Below are positions 22,663 through 32,390 of a stretch of DNA of 64,000 nt, piece by piece. Under the pieces are notes generated by a model. It worked only from the letters and a program-made list of their open reading frames with translations. It was not told the origin of the DNA and made no database searches. The first letter of the stretch is position 1, and the number at the start of each line of letters is the position of its first letter. A program made the translations under genes and the position numbers. The DNA is taken from positions 381-64,380 of the forward strand of contig JAZDOC010000017.1 of the NCBI GenBank assembly GCA_043798935.1, written 5' to 3'. Origin of the DNA: Patescibacteria group bacterium (GTDB lineage Bacteria > Patescibacteriota > Patescibacteriia > UBA9570 > JAHJKD01).

Positions 22663-24027
22663 ATGGAATTAAATACTCTTACTTCTGTTTCGCCAATAGA
22701 CGGTCGTTATCATAAAAATACCCGGAAATTAAGCGCCTATTTTAGTGAAATGGCCTTAATGAAATATCGGGTAAAAGTAGAGGTGCTGTATTTAATAGCT
22801 TTAGCAACTGAAACAAAGATTAAAGAAATCAGGAAGCTAACACCACTAGAAAAAAATAAATTAGAAAAATTATACATTAATTTTTCTCTGGCAGACGCTA
22901 CTGCAATCAAAGAAATTGAAAAGACAACCAACCACGATGTTAAAGCCGTAGAATATTTTATTAAAGAGAAATTCAAAAAATCTTCTTTACAACCAGTGTT
23001 AGAGTTTGTACATTTTGCTCTAACCAGTGAAGACATAAATAATTTAGCTTACAGTTTAATGCTTCGTGACGCTGTAAAAAATGTATATATTCCGCTAACT
23101 GAACAATTACTCAATAAAATAAAAAATTTAGCCAAACAAAATAACAATGTTTCTTTATTATCATTAACTCATGGCCAACCCGCCACTTCCACAACTCTGG
23201 GAAAGGAATTTGCTGTAGTTGCTGCTAGAATTAAAAGACAATTAGATATTTTGAAAAAAATAAAATTAATGGGCAAGTTAAATGGCGCTACTGGCAATTG
23301 GGCGGCACATAGCGTGGCTTACCCGCAAGTTAACTGGATTAATTTTTCTAGAAAATTTGTTAGCTCCCTAGGGTTAGAAATAAATTTATTAACTACGCAA
23401 ATTGAACCACATGATAGTTTGTGCGAAGTGTATGATGCCATTAGAAGAATTAATAATATTGTGAAAGACTTTGATCGTGATATGTGGATGTATATATCCC
23501 GTAAAATTTTTAAACAGCAAAATAAATCCGGAGAAATCGGGTCTTCGGCCATGCCGCATAAAATTAACCCCATATTTTTTGAAAACAGTGAAGGGAATAT
23601 AGGCTTAGCTAACGCTTTATTAGTATTTTTTTCCAACAAGTTACCAATTTCTAGAATGCAGAGGGACTTGACCGATTCGACTGTATTAAGAAATCAAGGG
23701 ACTGCTTTAGCATATTGTATAATTGCTTACGAGAATACATTAAAAGCCTTAGAGCGCGTTGCTACCAATAAACAAACTTGCCAGAAAGAGCTTGATGAAC
23801 ATTGGGAAGTGTTGGCTGAGGCAATTCAGACAGTACTGCGTAAATTAAATTATCCCAAGCCTTATGAAAAACTGAAAGAATTAACCCGTGGTCAAAAAAT
23901 TAATCAAAAGGTTATCCATGAGTTTATATCTGGTTTAGATATTGATAAAAAAGAAAAAGAAAAATTATTAAATTTGACGCCGGCGAATTATACTGGATAT
24001 TCAAGCAAATTAGCGAACTTGTTATAG
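22663..24027 (+). CDS. purB: Adenylosuccinate lyase
   Basis: SPIDGRY, TTNHDVKAVEY, THGQPA, GSSAMPHKINPI, SRMQRDLTDS. Confidence 0.98.
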   Translation: MELNTLTSVSPIDGRYHKNTRKLSAYFSEMALMKYRVKVEVLYLIALATETKIKEIRKLTPLEKNKLEKLYINFSLADATAIKEIEKTTNHDVKAVEYFIKEKFKKSSLQPVLEFVHFALTSEDINNLAYSLMLRDAVKNVYIPLTEQLLNKIKNLAKQNNNVSLLSLTHGQPATSTTLGKEFAVVAARIKRQLDILKKIKLMGKLNGATGNWAAHSVAYPQVNWINFSRKFVSSLGLEINLLTTQIEPHDSLCEVYDAIRRINNIVKDFDRDMWMYISRKIFKQQNKSGEIGSSAMPHKINPIFFENSEGNIGLANALLVFFSNKLPISRMQRDLTDSTVLRNQGTALAYCIIAYENTLKALERVATNKQTCQKELDEHWEVLAEAIQTVLRKLNYPKPYEKLKELTRGQKINQKVIHEFISGLDIDKKEKEKLLNLTPANYTGYSSKLANLL

Positions 24028-24057
24028 GCTTGTCTCGATTATTAACTAAAAATAAAT

Positions 24058-25530
24058 ATGTGTGGAATTTTTGGAATTTATGGGCGTGATGGTTTTACTA
24101 TCGCACCGGAAATATATGATGGTTTAATTGCTTTACAGCATCGTGGCCATGATGCTTGCGGTATTTTAACTTACGACAACGATGGCTTTAATATGCGCAA
24201 AGGTTTAGGGTTTGTGCGGGACGTTTTTCATCCCGGTGCCATGAAATATTTAAAAGGTAATATGGGTATCGGCCATATTCGTTACGCTACGGTGGGTTGC
24301 GGTGACGCCAAAGATGCTCAACCATTTTATACTCATACTCCATACGGCATCGCCATGACACATAATGGAAATTTATCTAATTATTCGGACTTGAAGAAAG
24401 AACTATTTGAGAAAGATTTATTTCAAGTTAATTCGGGTTGCGATGTAGAAGTGATTTTAGCTGTTTTTTCTCAAGAACTTGCTAAACAAGTTAAAAAAAC
24501 TAAAGATATTTCGGAACAAGTTTTTAATGCAGTTAAAGGCGTCCATAAAAGATGCAAAGGGGCTTATTCTGTAACCGGCATAATTGCTGGTAAAGGCATG
24601 TTTGGCTTTAGAGATCCTTATGGAATCCGCCCCATGGTATTCGGTCAGCGTGGTCAGGGAAAAGAAGTAGAATATTGTTTTACGTCTGAGTCGGTAATGT
24701 TTAATATGCTTGGTATTAAATATTTAAAAGATGTTAATGCTGGAGAGTGTATTTTTATTGATGAAAAACGCAAAGTCCACACCAGTCAGGTATCGCCGGC
24801 TAAATTAAGACCGTGTATTTTTGAATATGTTTATTTTGCTCGGCCTGATTCTTTGCAAAATAATGTTTCAGTTTATAAAGCCAGATTGCGCATGGGCCAA
24901 TTATTAGCCAAGCGTATTAAACCTTTACAATCCAAATTAAAAATAGACGTTGTAATTCCAGCTCCTTCCACTTCTAATACAGCAGCCTTGGCTTTAGCTT
25001 CTGATTTAGGAGTAAAATATCGCGAAGGATTAGTAAAGAATCATTTTATCGGGCGGACGTTTATTATGCCTGGGCAAGATAAGCGGGAAAAATCCGTAAA
25101 ACGGAAATTAAATCCACAACCACTGGAAATTAAACGTAAAAATGTTTTATTAGTTGATGATAGTATTGTCCGCGGTACTACTGGTAAAGAAATTGTGCAG
25201 ATGCTACGCGATGCCGGGGCGAAAAAAGTTTATTTTGCATCTGCTTCACCGGCTGTTAAGCATCCTTGTTTGTATGGCGTAGACATTCCAACCCGCGCTG
25301 AATTAATTGCTAATCATAAAACTGATGAAGAAATTAGAAAGTTTTTAAATGTAGATTTTTTAATTTATCAGACCATTGAAGATCTTATTAAATCAGTTCG
25401 TATCGATAAAGCTTTAACGCAGAATTATTGTACAGCTTGTTTTTCCGGACAATACCCGACGCCAGATATTACACCGGCGGTTGTAAATGCTAATGAAAAA
25501 ATGCGCTTGGAAGATAAAAAGATTTGTTAG
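24058..25530 (+). CDS. purF: Amidophosphoribosyltransferase
   Basis: N-terminal MCGIFG, LQHRG, HIRYAT, HNGN, CIFEYVYFARPDS, VDDSIVRGTT. Confidence 0.98.
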   Translation: MCGIFGIYGRDGFTIAPEIYDGLIALQHRGHDACGILTYDNDGFNMRKGLGFVRDVFHPGAMKYLKGNMGIGHIRYATVGCGDAKDAQPFYTHTPYGIAMTHNGNLSNYSDLKKELFEKDLFQVNSGCDVEVILAVFSQELAKQVKKTKDISEQVFNAVKGVHKRCKGAYSVTGIIAGKGMFGFRDPYGIRPMVFGQRGQGKEVEYCFTSESVMFNMLGIKYLKDVNAGECIFIDEKRKVHTSQVSPAKLRPCIFEYVYFARPDSLQNNVSVYKARLRMGQLLAKRIKPLQSKLKIDVVIPAPSTSNTAALALASDLGVKYREGLVKNHFIGRTFIMPGQDKREKSVKRKLNPQPLEIKRKNVLLVDDSIVRGTTGKEIVQMLRDAGAKKVYFASASPAVKHPCLYGVDIPTRAELIANHKTDEEIRKFLNVDFLIYQTIEDLIKSVRIDKALTQNYCTACFSGQYPTPDITPAVVNANEKMRLEDKKIC

Positions 25531-25531
25531 T

Positions 25532-25618
25532 AAGTTAACTCACACATATAAAATGTGGGGTTAACTTTTATTAAAAAAAATAAATCCAGTAACCCCATGT
25601 TTTATACATGTGGGTTAC
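25532..25618. repeat. Inverted doublet of TTTAT-loop bulged hairpins
   Basis: Minus copy AACCC-CACAT-TTTAT-ATGTG-T-GAGTT (25532-25567); plus copy GTAACCC-CATGT-TTTAT-ACATG-T-GGGTTAC (25589-25618). Confidence 0.78.
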
Positions 25619-25628
25619 GGAAATAATT

Positions 25629-26912
25629 ATGAAAATTTTATTGCTTGGAAATGGCGCGCGTGAACATGCTATTGCCTACAAATTAAAACAAAACGACGAG
25701 GTCACTCTCTATAATATTGCTACTGCCAATAATCCTGGTTTAGTTGAGTTGTGTGAAGAAATAAAAATCGGCGATTATAATGATATTGATACAGTTAAGA
25801 ATTATGTGGATGAAATTAACCCGGAAATTATTTGGATCGGGCCTGAAGCGCCACTTGCATTTGGAGTCGTCGATGCTTTAGATGTACCTTGTGTTGGCCC
25901 GATTCAAGAATTAGCTCAATTAGAAACTAGCAAATCTTTTACAAGAAAATTGTTAGTTGATAATAATATTCCGGTTTATCCTAAATTTAAAACTTTTGCT
26001 TCTTGGGACGGTTTGGAAGAATTTTGTAAAAGCCTAGAGAAATTTGTAGTTAAGCCCGATGGCCTTACTGCTGGCAAAGGCGTGCAGGTTCAGGACGACC
26101 ATTTTACTACTCACAATGAAGGCATTGAAGTAGCGAAAGAATATATTCAAAAAGACGGCACGGTTATAATTGAAGAAAAATTAATTGGCCAGGAATTTTC
26201 TTTAATGAGTTTTGCTGATGGCAAAAACTTATTGCATATGCCGGCCGTTCAGGACCATAAAAGAGCTTATGTTGATGATAAAGGCCCTAATACCGGCGGC
26301 ATGGGTTCTTACTCTATGGCTGATGGCTCTATGCCGTTTTTGCAAGAAGGTGATATTGAAGCTGCTCAAAAAATTAACCAGCAAGTTTTAGAAGCTTTAG
26401 GCGACTACCGTGGAATTTTATATGGTAATTTTATTGCTACTAAAAACGGCCTAAAAATTATTGAGTATAATGCTCGTTTAGGCGACCCCGAAGCCATGAA
26501 TATTATGTATTTATTAAAAACAGATTTAGCTTTAATTTCTCAAGGCATTGTTGATCAAAGTTTAGAATTTATGAACATTGAATTTGAGCCTAAAGCCAGT
26601 GTTTGTAAATACGTTGTACCCGAAGGCTATCCTAATAATCCGGTTAGAGACGTGGAGGTAGACGTGAGTCAAGTCGACCAAACTAAAGTAAAATTGTTTT
26701 ATGCTTCTATTGACGCAGAGAATGGAAAATTTATTTTAAAAGGTTCACGTGCTATTGGCGTTATCGCTAAAGCCGACACCTTAGAAGAAGCCGAGAAATT
26801 AGTTCAGGAAGAGATAGTAAAAATAAAAGGACCGGTTTTTTTCCGGGAAGACATCGGTACTGCACCGCTTATTGAGAAAAGAGTGAAGATGATGGAAGAG
26901 GTTAGAAAATAA
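25629..26912 (+). CDS. purD: Phosphoribosylamine-glycine ligase
   Basis: MKILLLGNGAREHA, GPEAPL, LETSK, QDHKR, GPNTGGMG, EYNARLGDPE. Start taken at 25629 rather than 25608. Confidence 0.97.
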   Translation: MKILLLGNGAREHAIAYKLKQNDEVTLYNIATANNPGLVELCEEIKIGDYNDIDTVKNYVDEINPEIIWIGPEAPLAFGVVDALDVPCVGPIQELAQLETSKSFTRKLLVDNNIPVYPKFKTFASWDGLEEFCKSLEKFVVKPDGLTAGKGVQVQDDHFTTHNEGIEVAKEYIQKDGTVIIEEKLIGQEFSLMSFADGKNLLHMPAVQDHKRAYVDDKGPNTGGMGSYSMADGSMPFLQEGDIEAAQKINQQVLEALGDYRGILYGNFIATKNGLKIIEYNARLGDPEAMNIMYLLKTDLALISQGIVDQSLEFMNIEFEPKASVCKYVVPEGYPNNPVRDVEVDVSQVDQTKVKLFYASIDAENGKFILKGSRAIGVIAKADTLEEAEKLVQEEIVKIKGPVFFREDIGTAPLIEKRVKMMEEVRK

Positions 26913-26977
26913 CACTTCAATAAATCTTATGAATAGTATATAATGATGGTGTTAATTATTAGTTTTTTCATATTTTC

Positions 26978-27595
26978 ATGAGCAAAATCAACATTGCAGT
27001 GCTTGGATCAACCAGTGGCACTGATCTGCAAGCCATAATCGATGCCAAACAAGAAGGGAAACTAGAAAATATCGATTTAAGTGTAGTTATCTCCAATCAA
27101 CAAAAAGCCTATATTTTAAAAAGAGCCGAAAAAAACAATATTCCGGCTGTTTTTGTAGATGCAAAGGGTAAAACTAGAGAAGAGTATGATCATGCGTTGT
27201 TGGGAATATTAAAGGTTTATAAGATAGATTTTATATTATGTATTGGTTGGATGCGGATATTGTCGCCAAAATTTGTTCAAACTTATAAAAAGAAAATTGC
27301 AAATATTCATCCGTCGCTTTTACCAAAATATGCCGGTGGCATGGATTTAAATGTCCACGCGGAAGTTTTGAAAAATAATGAAAAAGAATCGGGATGCACG
27401 CTTCATTGGATTGATGAAGGGGTAGACACTGGCGAAATTATTACGCAAAAAAAAGTTGAGATTAAAGACAATGAAACCTCAGAGAGTTTAAAGAAAAAAG
27501 TGCAGAAGGCTGAAGGAGAGTTGTTTGTGGAGTTTTTAAAAAATTATCAATCACCGCCCATCGGGATAAACCCGGGGGCTTCCCAAAATATTTAA
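26978..27595 (+). CDS. purN: GAR transformylase
   Basis: GTDLQA, GWMRIL, NIHPSLLP, SGCTLH, VDTGEII. C-terminal tail overlaps a hairpin repeat. Confidence 0.96.
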   Translation: MSKINIAVLGSTSGTDLQAIIDAKQEGKLENIDLSVVISNQQKAYILKRAEKNNIPAVFVDAKGKTREEYDHALLGILKVYKIDFILCIGWMRILSPKFVQTYKKKIANIHPSLLPKYAGGMDLNVHAEVLKNNEKESGCTLHWIDEGVDTGEIITQKKVEIKDNETSESLKKKVQKAEGELFVEFLKNYQSPPIGINPGASQNI

Positions 27596-27624
27596 CTGGA
27601 GGCCCTGGCTTTATGCCAGTGGCC
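27556..27624. repeat. Inverted doublet of TTTAT-loop bulged hairpins
   Basis: Minus copy GCCC-CCGGG-TTTAT-CCCGA-T-GGGC (27556-27579); plus copy GGCC-CTGGC-TTTAT-GCCAG-T-GGCC (27601-27624). Confidence 0.78.
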
Positions 27625-27652
27625 GAATTATAAAAATAATTAAATTTATAAT

Positions 27653-29164
27653 ATGAAACGAGCATTAATATCAGTGAGCGATAAAACTGGCATCGAAGAA
27701 CTAGCTAAACAATTAGTAGATTTAAACATCGAAATAGTTTCTACCGGTGGTACAGCTAAAGTATTAGAAGATGCTGGCGTTAAAGTTATTTCGATTGATG
27801 ATGTTACCGGCTTTCCGGAAATGATGAACGGCCGGCTTAAAACTCTTCATCCTAATGTTCATGGTGGTTTATTAGCGGTACGAGACAATGAAGAACACAC
27901 GGCGTCGGCTAAAGAACACGGGATTGAGATGATTGATCTGGTAGTAGTTAATTTATATCCATTTGAACAAAAACCCGGAATTGAAAATATTGATATTGGC
28001 GGTCCGACCATGTTAAGAAGCGCAGCTAAAAATCATCAATATGTAACAGTGGTTACAGACCCTAAAGATTATGAAAAAGTGTTAGAAGAAATAAAAGATA
28101 AGGGCGATACTAGTTTAGAGACTCGAAAAAAATTAGCGCAAAAAGTTTTTGCGCATACGGCTCGCTATGATTCATTAATCGCAGACTTTATGAACGAGAA
28201 AAAAGAGTTTACGGACGAGATGACATTTGGATATAAAAAAGCTTATGATTTAAGATATGGTGAAAACCCTCACCAATCCGCTTGTTTTTATATTGAAGGA
28301 AATATTAAAGAACCATGCGTAGCTAATGCTAAAATTCTTCAAGGCAAACAGCTTTCTTACAATAATATTATGGATGCTGATGGCGCTATTAATGTGGTGC
28401 GAGATTTTACTGAACCGGCATGCGCGGTTATCAAACACGCCAATCCTTGCGGCGCGTGTACAGACAAAGATATTGTTAAGGCTTTTAAGCAAGCTTATGC
28501 GGCTGATTCTTTGTCGGCTTTTGGTGGTATCATCGCTTTGAATAGAGACTGTAATGAAGAAATAGCCACAGAGATTTCAAAAGTTTTTGCAGAGATAGTG
28601 ATTGCTCCCAAGTTTGATGAAAAAGCCTTAGAAATTTTAGCTAAAAAGAAAAATTTAAGATTACTTGAGATTGGTAGCCTTGCAGGTGCGAATACGTATG
28701 CGCGTCCGCCAAGAGATCTACGAAAAGTTGTAGGTGGAATATTGGTTCAAGATCTAGACAGATTAATTATTGAAGCCAAAGATTTAAAAATTGTCACTGA
28801 AACACAACCGGACGCAGATCAGATTAAAGAAATGCTGTTTGCCTGGAAAATTATTAAACATGTAAAATCTAATGCGATTTTATTAACAAAAAATAATACT
28901 ACAGTGGGTGTTGGTTGTGGCCAAGTATCACGAGTAGACGCTACTGACATAGCGATTAAAAAAGCCGGCGCTAACGTTTCCGGATGTGTGATCGCGTCAG
29001 ACGCTTATTTCCCTTTCCGAGATTCCATCGATAAAATTGCCACTGTAGGAATTAAAGCCATTATTCAACCTGGTGGATCTATCCGTGATGAAGAAGTGAT
29101 TGCGGCTTGTAATGAGCATGGTGTTGCCATGGTGTTTACGGGTAATCGGGCTTTTAAACATTAG
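27653..29164 (+). CDS. purH: AICAR transformylase / IMP cyclohydrolase
   Basis: [54 protein letters not shown]. Confidence 0.98.
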   Translation: MKRALISVSDKTGIEELAKQLVDLNIEIVSTGGTAKVLEDAGVKVISIDDVTGFPEMMNGRLKTLHPNVHGGLLAVRDNEEHTASAKEHGIEMIDLVVVNLYPFEQKPGIENIDIGGPTMLRSAAKNHQYVTVVTDPKDYEKVLEEIKDKGDTSLETRKKLAQKVFAHTARYDSLIADFMNEKKEFTDEMTFGYKKAYDLRYGENPHQSACFYIEGNIKEPCVANAKILQGKQLSYNNIMDADGAINVVRDFTEPACAVIKHANPCGACTDKDIVKAFKQAYAADSLSAFGGIIALNRDCNEEIATEISKVFAEIVIAPKFDEKALEILAKKKNLRLLEIGSLAGANTYARPPRDLRKVVGGILVQDLDRLIIEAKDLKIVTETQPDADQIKEMLFAWKIIKHVKSNAILLTKNNTTVGVGCGQVSRVDATDIAIKKAGANVSGCVIASDAYFPFRDSIDKIATVGIKAIIQPGGSIRDEEVIAACNEHGVAMVFTGNRAFKH

Positions 29165-29182
29165 AAATTAGATAATATTACA

Positions 29183-30295
29183 ATGGTTAAAATTGAAAAT
29201 ATTTTTTATAAAGCTGAGGCTAAAATAGCGCCGAGGCTTGCTGATTTAAATAAAGAATCTATTAAACCTGAAGATATTGATGAAATAGCCGATACATTAG
29301 TTAGGATTATTAAAGCAAGCCGTCCGGAAGATATTAAAACGGGTGAGTTTATAGGGGAAGAAATTGCCAGAGCAGTAAGTCGTGAAACATACAAACCAGG
29401 AAGAACGTCAGTGCCCTCATTTGATTTATTCGCGGAGATGAATCGTATTACTTATGCAATTTTAGATAAAGTTAAAACAAGGATTTACCAAGATCCAGAA
29501 ATCGACGAATCTAAAGTTATGTTCATAGAAGAGATTTTAAGCGCCAGCGAGCGAATAGCAAAAATCCAAGACACAAATAAAGTTTATAAAAGATACATAG
29601 ATTATAGATGTGTAGCTGATAATGAAAATCGAGAACAAGCCTTAGCCCAATTAAAAGAAATATTAGACGCTGAAGCTAAAAAGCCCGAAGCAGATCGGCA
29701 TCCATATTATAAGAATGTGCGTTACCCGGCAGTTGCCAGAGATCTGGAAAATAAATCAGAAATCCAGAGAATGCTTAAATTTGGTACGCTTTATGATCTA
29801 ATAACCGAATCAGAAAAAAAAGAATCAGCACTTTCAGTAGACGCTGTTTTAGATATCAAACAGGATGATTTAAAAGAGATATTAAGTAGAATAATTGACG
29901 CTTTAAAGGGTTGTGCATTTTTGCATCAGCATGGTTTAGCCTTAACCGATAATAGGCCAAGAAATATTGGAATTGATGAAGATGGCGTAGGTTTTATTTT
30001 TGATTTTGATGGTCTGTGTTTAGATGATACCACCATCCAGAGTAGAGTAATATCAGCTGAAGATCAGTCTAAAAAATTTCGTACCATTAATGAAAAACAC
30101 ATGTTATTTCAATTTGGATTAATGCTAGATGCTTTATTTACCCAATACAATCTCTGGTTTCAAAATCCTGTAATAAAGGCTGAATTATTAAATTTAACTC
30201 AGGAATTATTTATTAATAATGATAATTTTGGCGATGGTAATTTAAGAATAGAAAGTGTTATTGGAAGGTTAAAAACAATATTAGAAAGTTTATAA
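29183..30295 (+). CDS. Hypothetical protein with degenerate protein-kinase-like C-terminal domain
   Basis: GTLYD hinge-like segment, FLHQHGLALTDNRPRNI (catalytic-loop-like) and IFDFDG (DFG-like). Confidence 0.6.
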   Translation: MVKIENIFYKAEAKIAPRLADLNKESIKPEDIDEIADTLVRIIKASRPEDIKTGEFIGEEIARAVSRETYKPGRTSVPSFDLFAEMNRITYAILDKVKTRIYQDPEIDESKVMFIEEILSASERIAKIQDTNKVYKRYIDYRCVADNENREQALAQLKEILDAEAKKPEADRHPYYKNVRYPAVARDLENKSEIQRMLKFGTLYDLITESEKKESALSVDAVLDIKQDDLKEILSRIIDALKGCAFLHQHGLALTDNRPRNIGIDEDGVGFIFDFDGLCLDDTTIQSRVISAEDQSKKFRTINEKHMLFQFGLMLDALFTQYNLWFQNPVIKAELLNLTQELFINNDNFGDGNLRIESVIGRLKTILESL

Positions 30296-30383
30296 ATTAA
30301 GAAACTATTAAGAATATAATATTGTTTATTCAGGAGTAAAATTATGATAAACTATAGCAAGTTAACAATATAATTATATATAG

Positions 30384-32222
30384 ATGAACAAAAAATACAT
30401 AGCCATTTTAGATTTTGGCTCACAATATACACATTTAATTTCGCGACGCGTTCGACAACTGGGCGTGTTAGCCAGAATTTTTCCAACTGACGTTGAAGCT
30501 GATAAAATTAAAGATGCTTGGGGAATTATTTTATCGGGCGGTCCGGATTCTATTACCGATGAAAGATTGGCGTATGATCCGGGAATTTTTAAAATGGGAG
30601 TGCCAATGCTCGGTTTTTGCTATGGTCATCAGTTAATTGCTAAATATTTGGGCGGTCAGGTTGCTTCGCAAAATCAACGCGAATATGGAAAAGCTAAGAT
30701 AAAAGTTCAAGGGAATTCACCTATTTTTAAAGGTTTGGAAGAAGAAGAGCAAGTATGGATGAGTCATTGGGATATTGTAAGCCGAATGCCGGCAGGGTTT
30801 CAAAAGATCGGTACTACTGATATTTGTGAAATAGCGGCTATGGCCGATGACAATCGAAAATTTTATGGCTTTCAATATCATCCTGAAGTTCATCACACAA
30901 CTCATGGCATGAAGATGCTGGAAAATTTTGTTTTTAATATTTGCCATGCCGAAAAGAAATGGAGTATGGAAGAATATTTTAATGAGATTAAAGCTGATTT
31001 ATTAAATACTATCGACAATAAAAAAATATTCTTGTTTGTTTCGGGCGGAGTTGATTCATCAGTCGTTTTTGCCTTATTGGAAGAAATATTGGGTAAAGAT
31101 AGAGTGTTTGGATTGCACGTTGATACTGGGTTCATGAGAAAAAACGAGTCGGAATTAGTAAAAAAATCTTTGGCCGACGCTGGTTTTGATAATTTAAAAG
31201 TTTTTGATGCGAGTGACAGATATTTAATGGCTCTGGAAAATAAATATGAACCCGAAGAAAAACGAAAAATTATTGGTAAAATATTTTTAGACGTGCAAAA
31301 AGATGTTTTTGCAGATTTAAATTTTAATCCGGATGAGTGGCTATTAGGCCAAGGAACTATTTATCCTGATACCATCGAAACCGGAGGAACTTCCGCTTCG
31401 GATAAAATTAAAACTCATCATAACCGCGTGGATGAAATTATTGAAATGCTTAATGCCGGAAAAATTATCGAGCCACTCGCTTTGCTTTATAAAGACGAAG
31501 TTCGAGCTATCGGTAAACAATTAAATTTACCCGAACCATTAATTAATCGCTGGCCTTTCCCAGGGCCGGGCTTAGCTATTCGCTGTTTGTGCTCTGATGG
31601 GCGCGAAGGCGAGATGCAAGGCAGGAATAATTCCGAAATAGAAGATATTAAAAAAATTGATAATGAAATTAAAGATTATTTTGAGAAGAATAATAAACAG
31701 GGAACTAGACTTCCAATTAAAAGCGTAGGCGTACAGGGGGACTTAAGAACTTATCAGCACGCAGTTGTGATTAAGAATGGTGATAGATATGATTGGAAAG
31801 ATCTGGAAGATTTTGCGGTTAATTTAGTAAACGGAATTCAGGGTGTAAATCGAGTAGTAGCCCATGTCGGCGGTAATGTGAATTTAGACAATGTGAAAAT
31901 TAAACCCGGATATTTAACCAAAGAACGGCTAAATATTTTAAGAGACGCTGATGATGTGGTTACTAAAATTGTAAATGAACATGGTTTATATAATAAAATA
32001 TGGCAATTTCCGGTTATTATGTTGCCATTAACATTTATCGGCCAAGGCGAAACAATCGTGCTTCGACCCATTGAAAGCGAAGAAGCCATGACTGTTAATT
32101 TCTACCATTTAGATAAAAATATTTTAAAGCAGATGGTCGACGAGATTTTAAAACTTGATGGGGTTGATGCAGTATTTTTTGATATCACCAACAAACCACC
32201 AGCCACAATTGAGTGGGAATAG
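30384..32222 (+). CDS. guaA: GMP synthase (long, 612 aa)
   Basis: LDFGSQY, ILSGGP, GFCYGHQ, QYHPEV, SGGVDS, IKTHHN, PFPGPGL, KPPATIEWE. Confidence 0.98.
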   Translation: MNKKYIAILDFGSQYTHLISRRVRQLGVLARIFPTDVEADKIKDAWGIILSGGPDSITDERLAYDPGIFKMGVPMLGFCYGHQLIAKYLGGQVASQNQREYGKAKIKVQGNSPIFKGLEEEEQVWMSHWDIVSRMPAGFQKIGTTDICEIAAMADDNRKFYGFQYHPEVHHTTHGMKMLENFVFNICHAEKKWSMEEYFNEIKADLLNTIDNKKIFLFVSGGVDSSVVFALLEEILGKDRVFGLHVDTGFMRKNESELVKKSLADAGFDNLKVFDASDRYLMALENKYEPEEKRKIIGKIFLDVQKDVFADLNFNPDEWLLGQGTIYPDTIETGGTSASDKIKTHHNRVDEIIEMLNAGKIIEPLALLYKDEVRAIGKQLNLPEPLINRWPFPGPGLAIRCLCSDGREGEMQGRNNSEIEDIKKIDNEIKDYFEKNNKQGTRLPIKSVGVQGDLRTYQHAVVIKNGDRYDWKDLEDFAVNLVNGIQGVNRVVAHVGGNVNLDNVKIKPGYLTKERLNILRDADDVVTKIVNEHGLYNKIWQFPVIMLPLTFIGQGETIVLRPIESEEAMTVNFYHLDKNILKQMVDEILKLDGVDAVFFDITNKPPATIEWE

Positions 32223-32278
32223 GGCTGAGTAAGCTGAGAGATTGACAGTCATTTTCTTCATGATATAATAACTTCAAG

Positions 32279-32302
32279 AAAGGGCGATTCAGGCCCTTTT
32301 TT
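32279..32302 (+). terminator. Intrinsic terminator after guaA
   Basis: AAAGGGC-GATTCAG-GCCCTTTTTT. Confidence 0.7.
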
Positions 32303-32390
32303 GTTGTCTATAGAAGATTTTGAAAAATTCATGTCCTTTGAAAATTAAGTTAAAATATGTTATGCTTAATGAGCATTATTAAATTTTATT

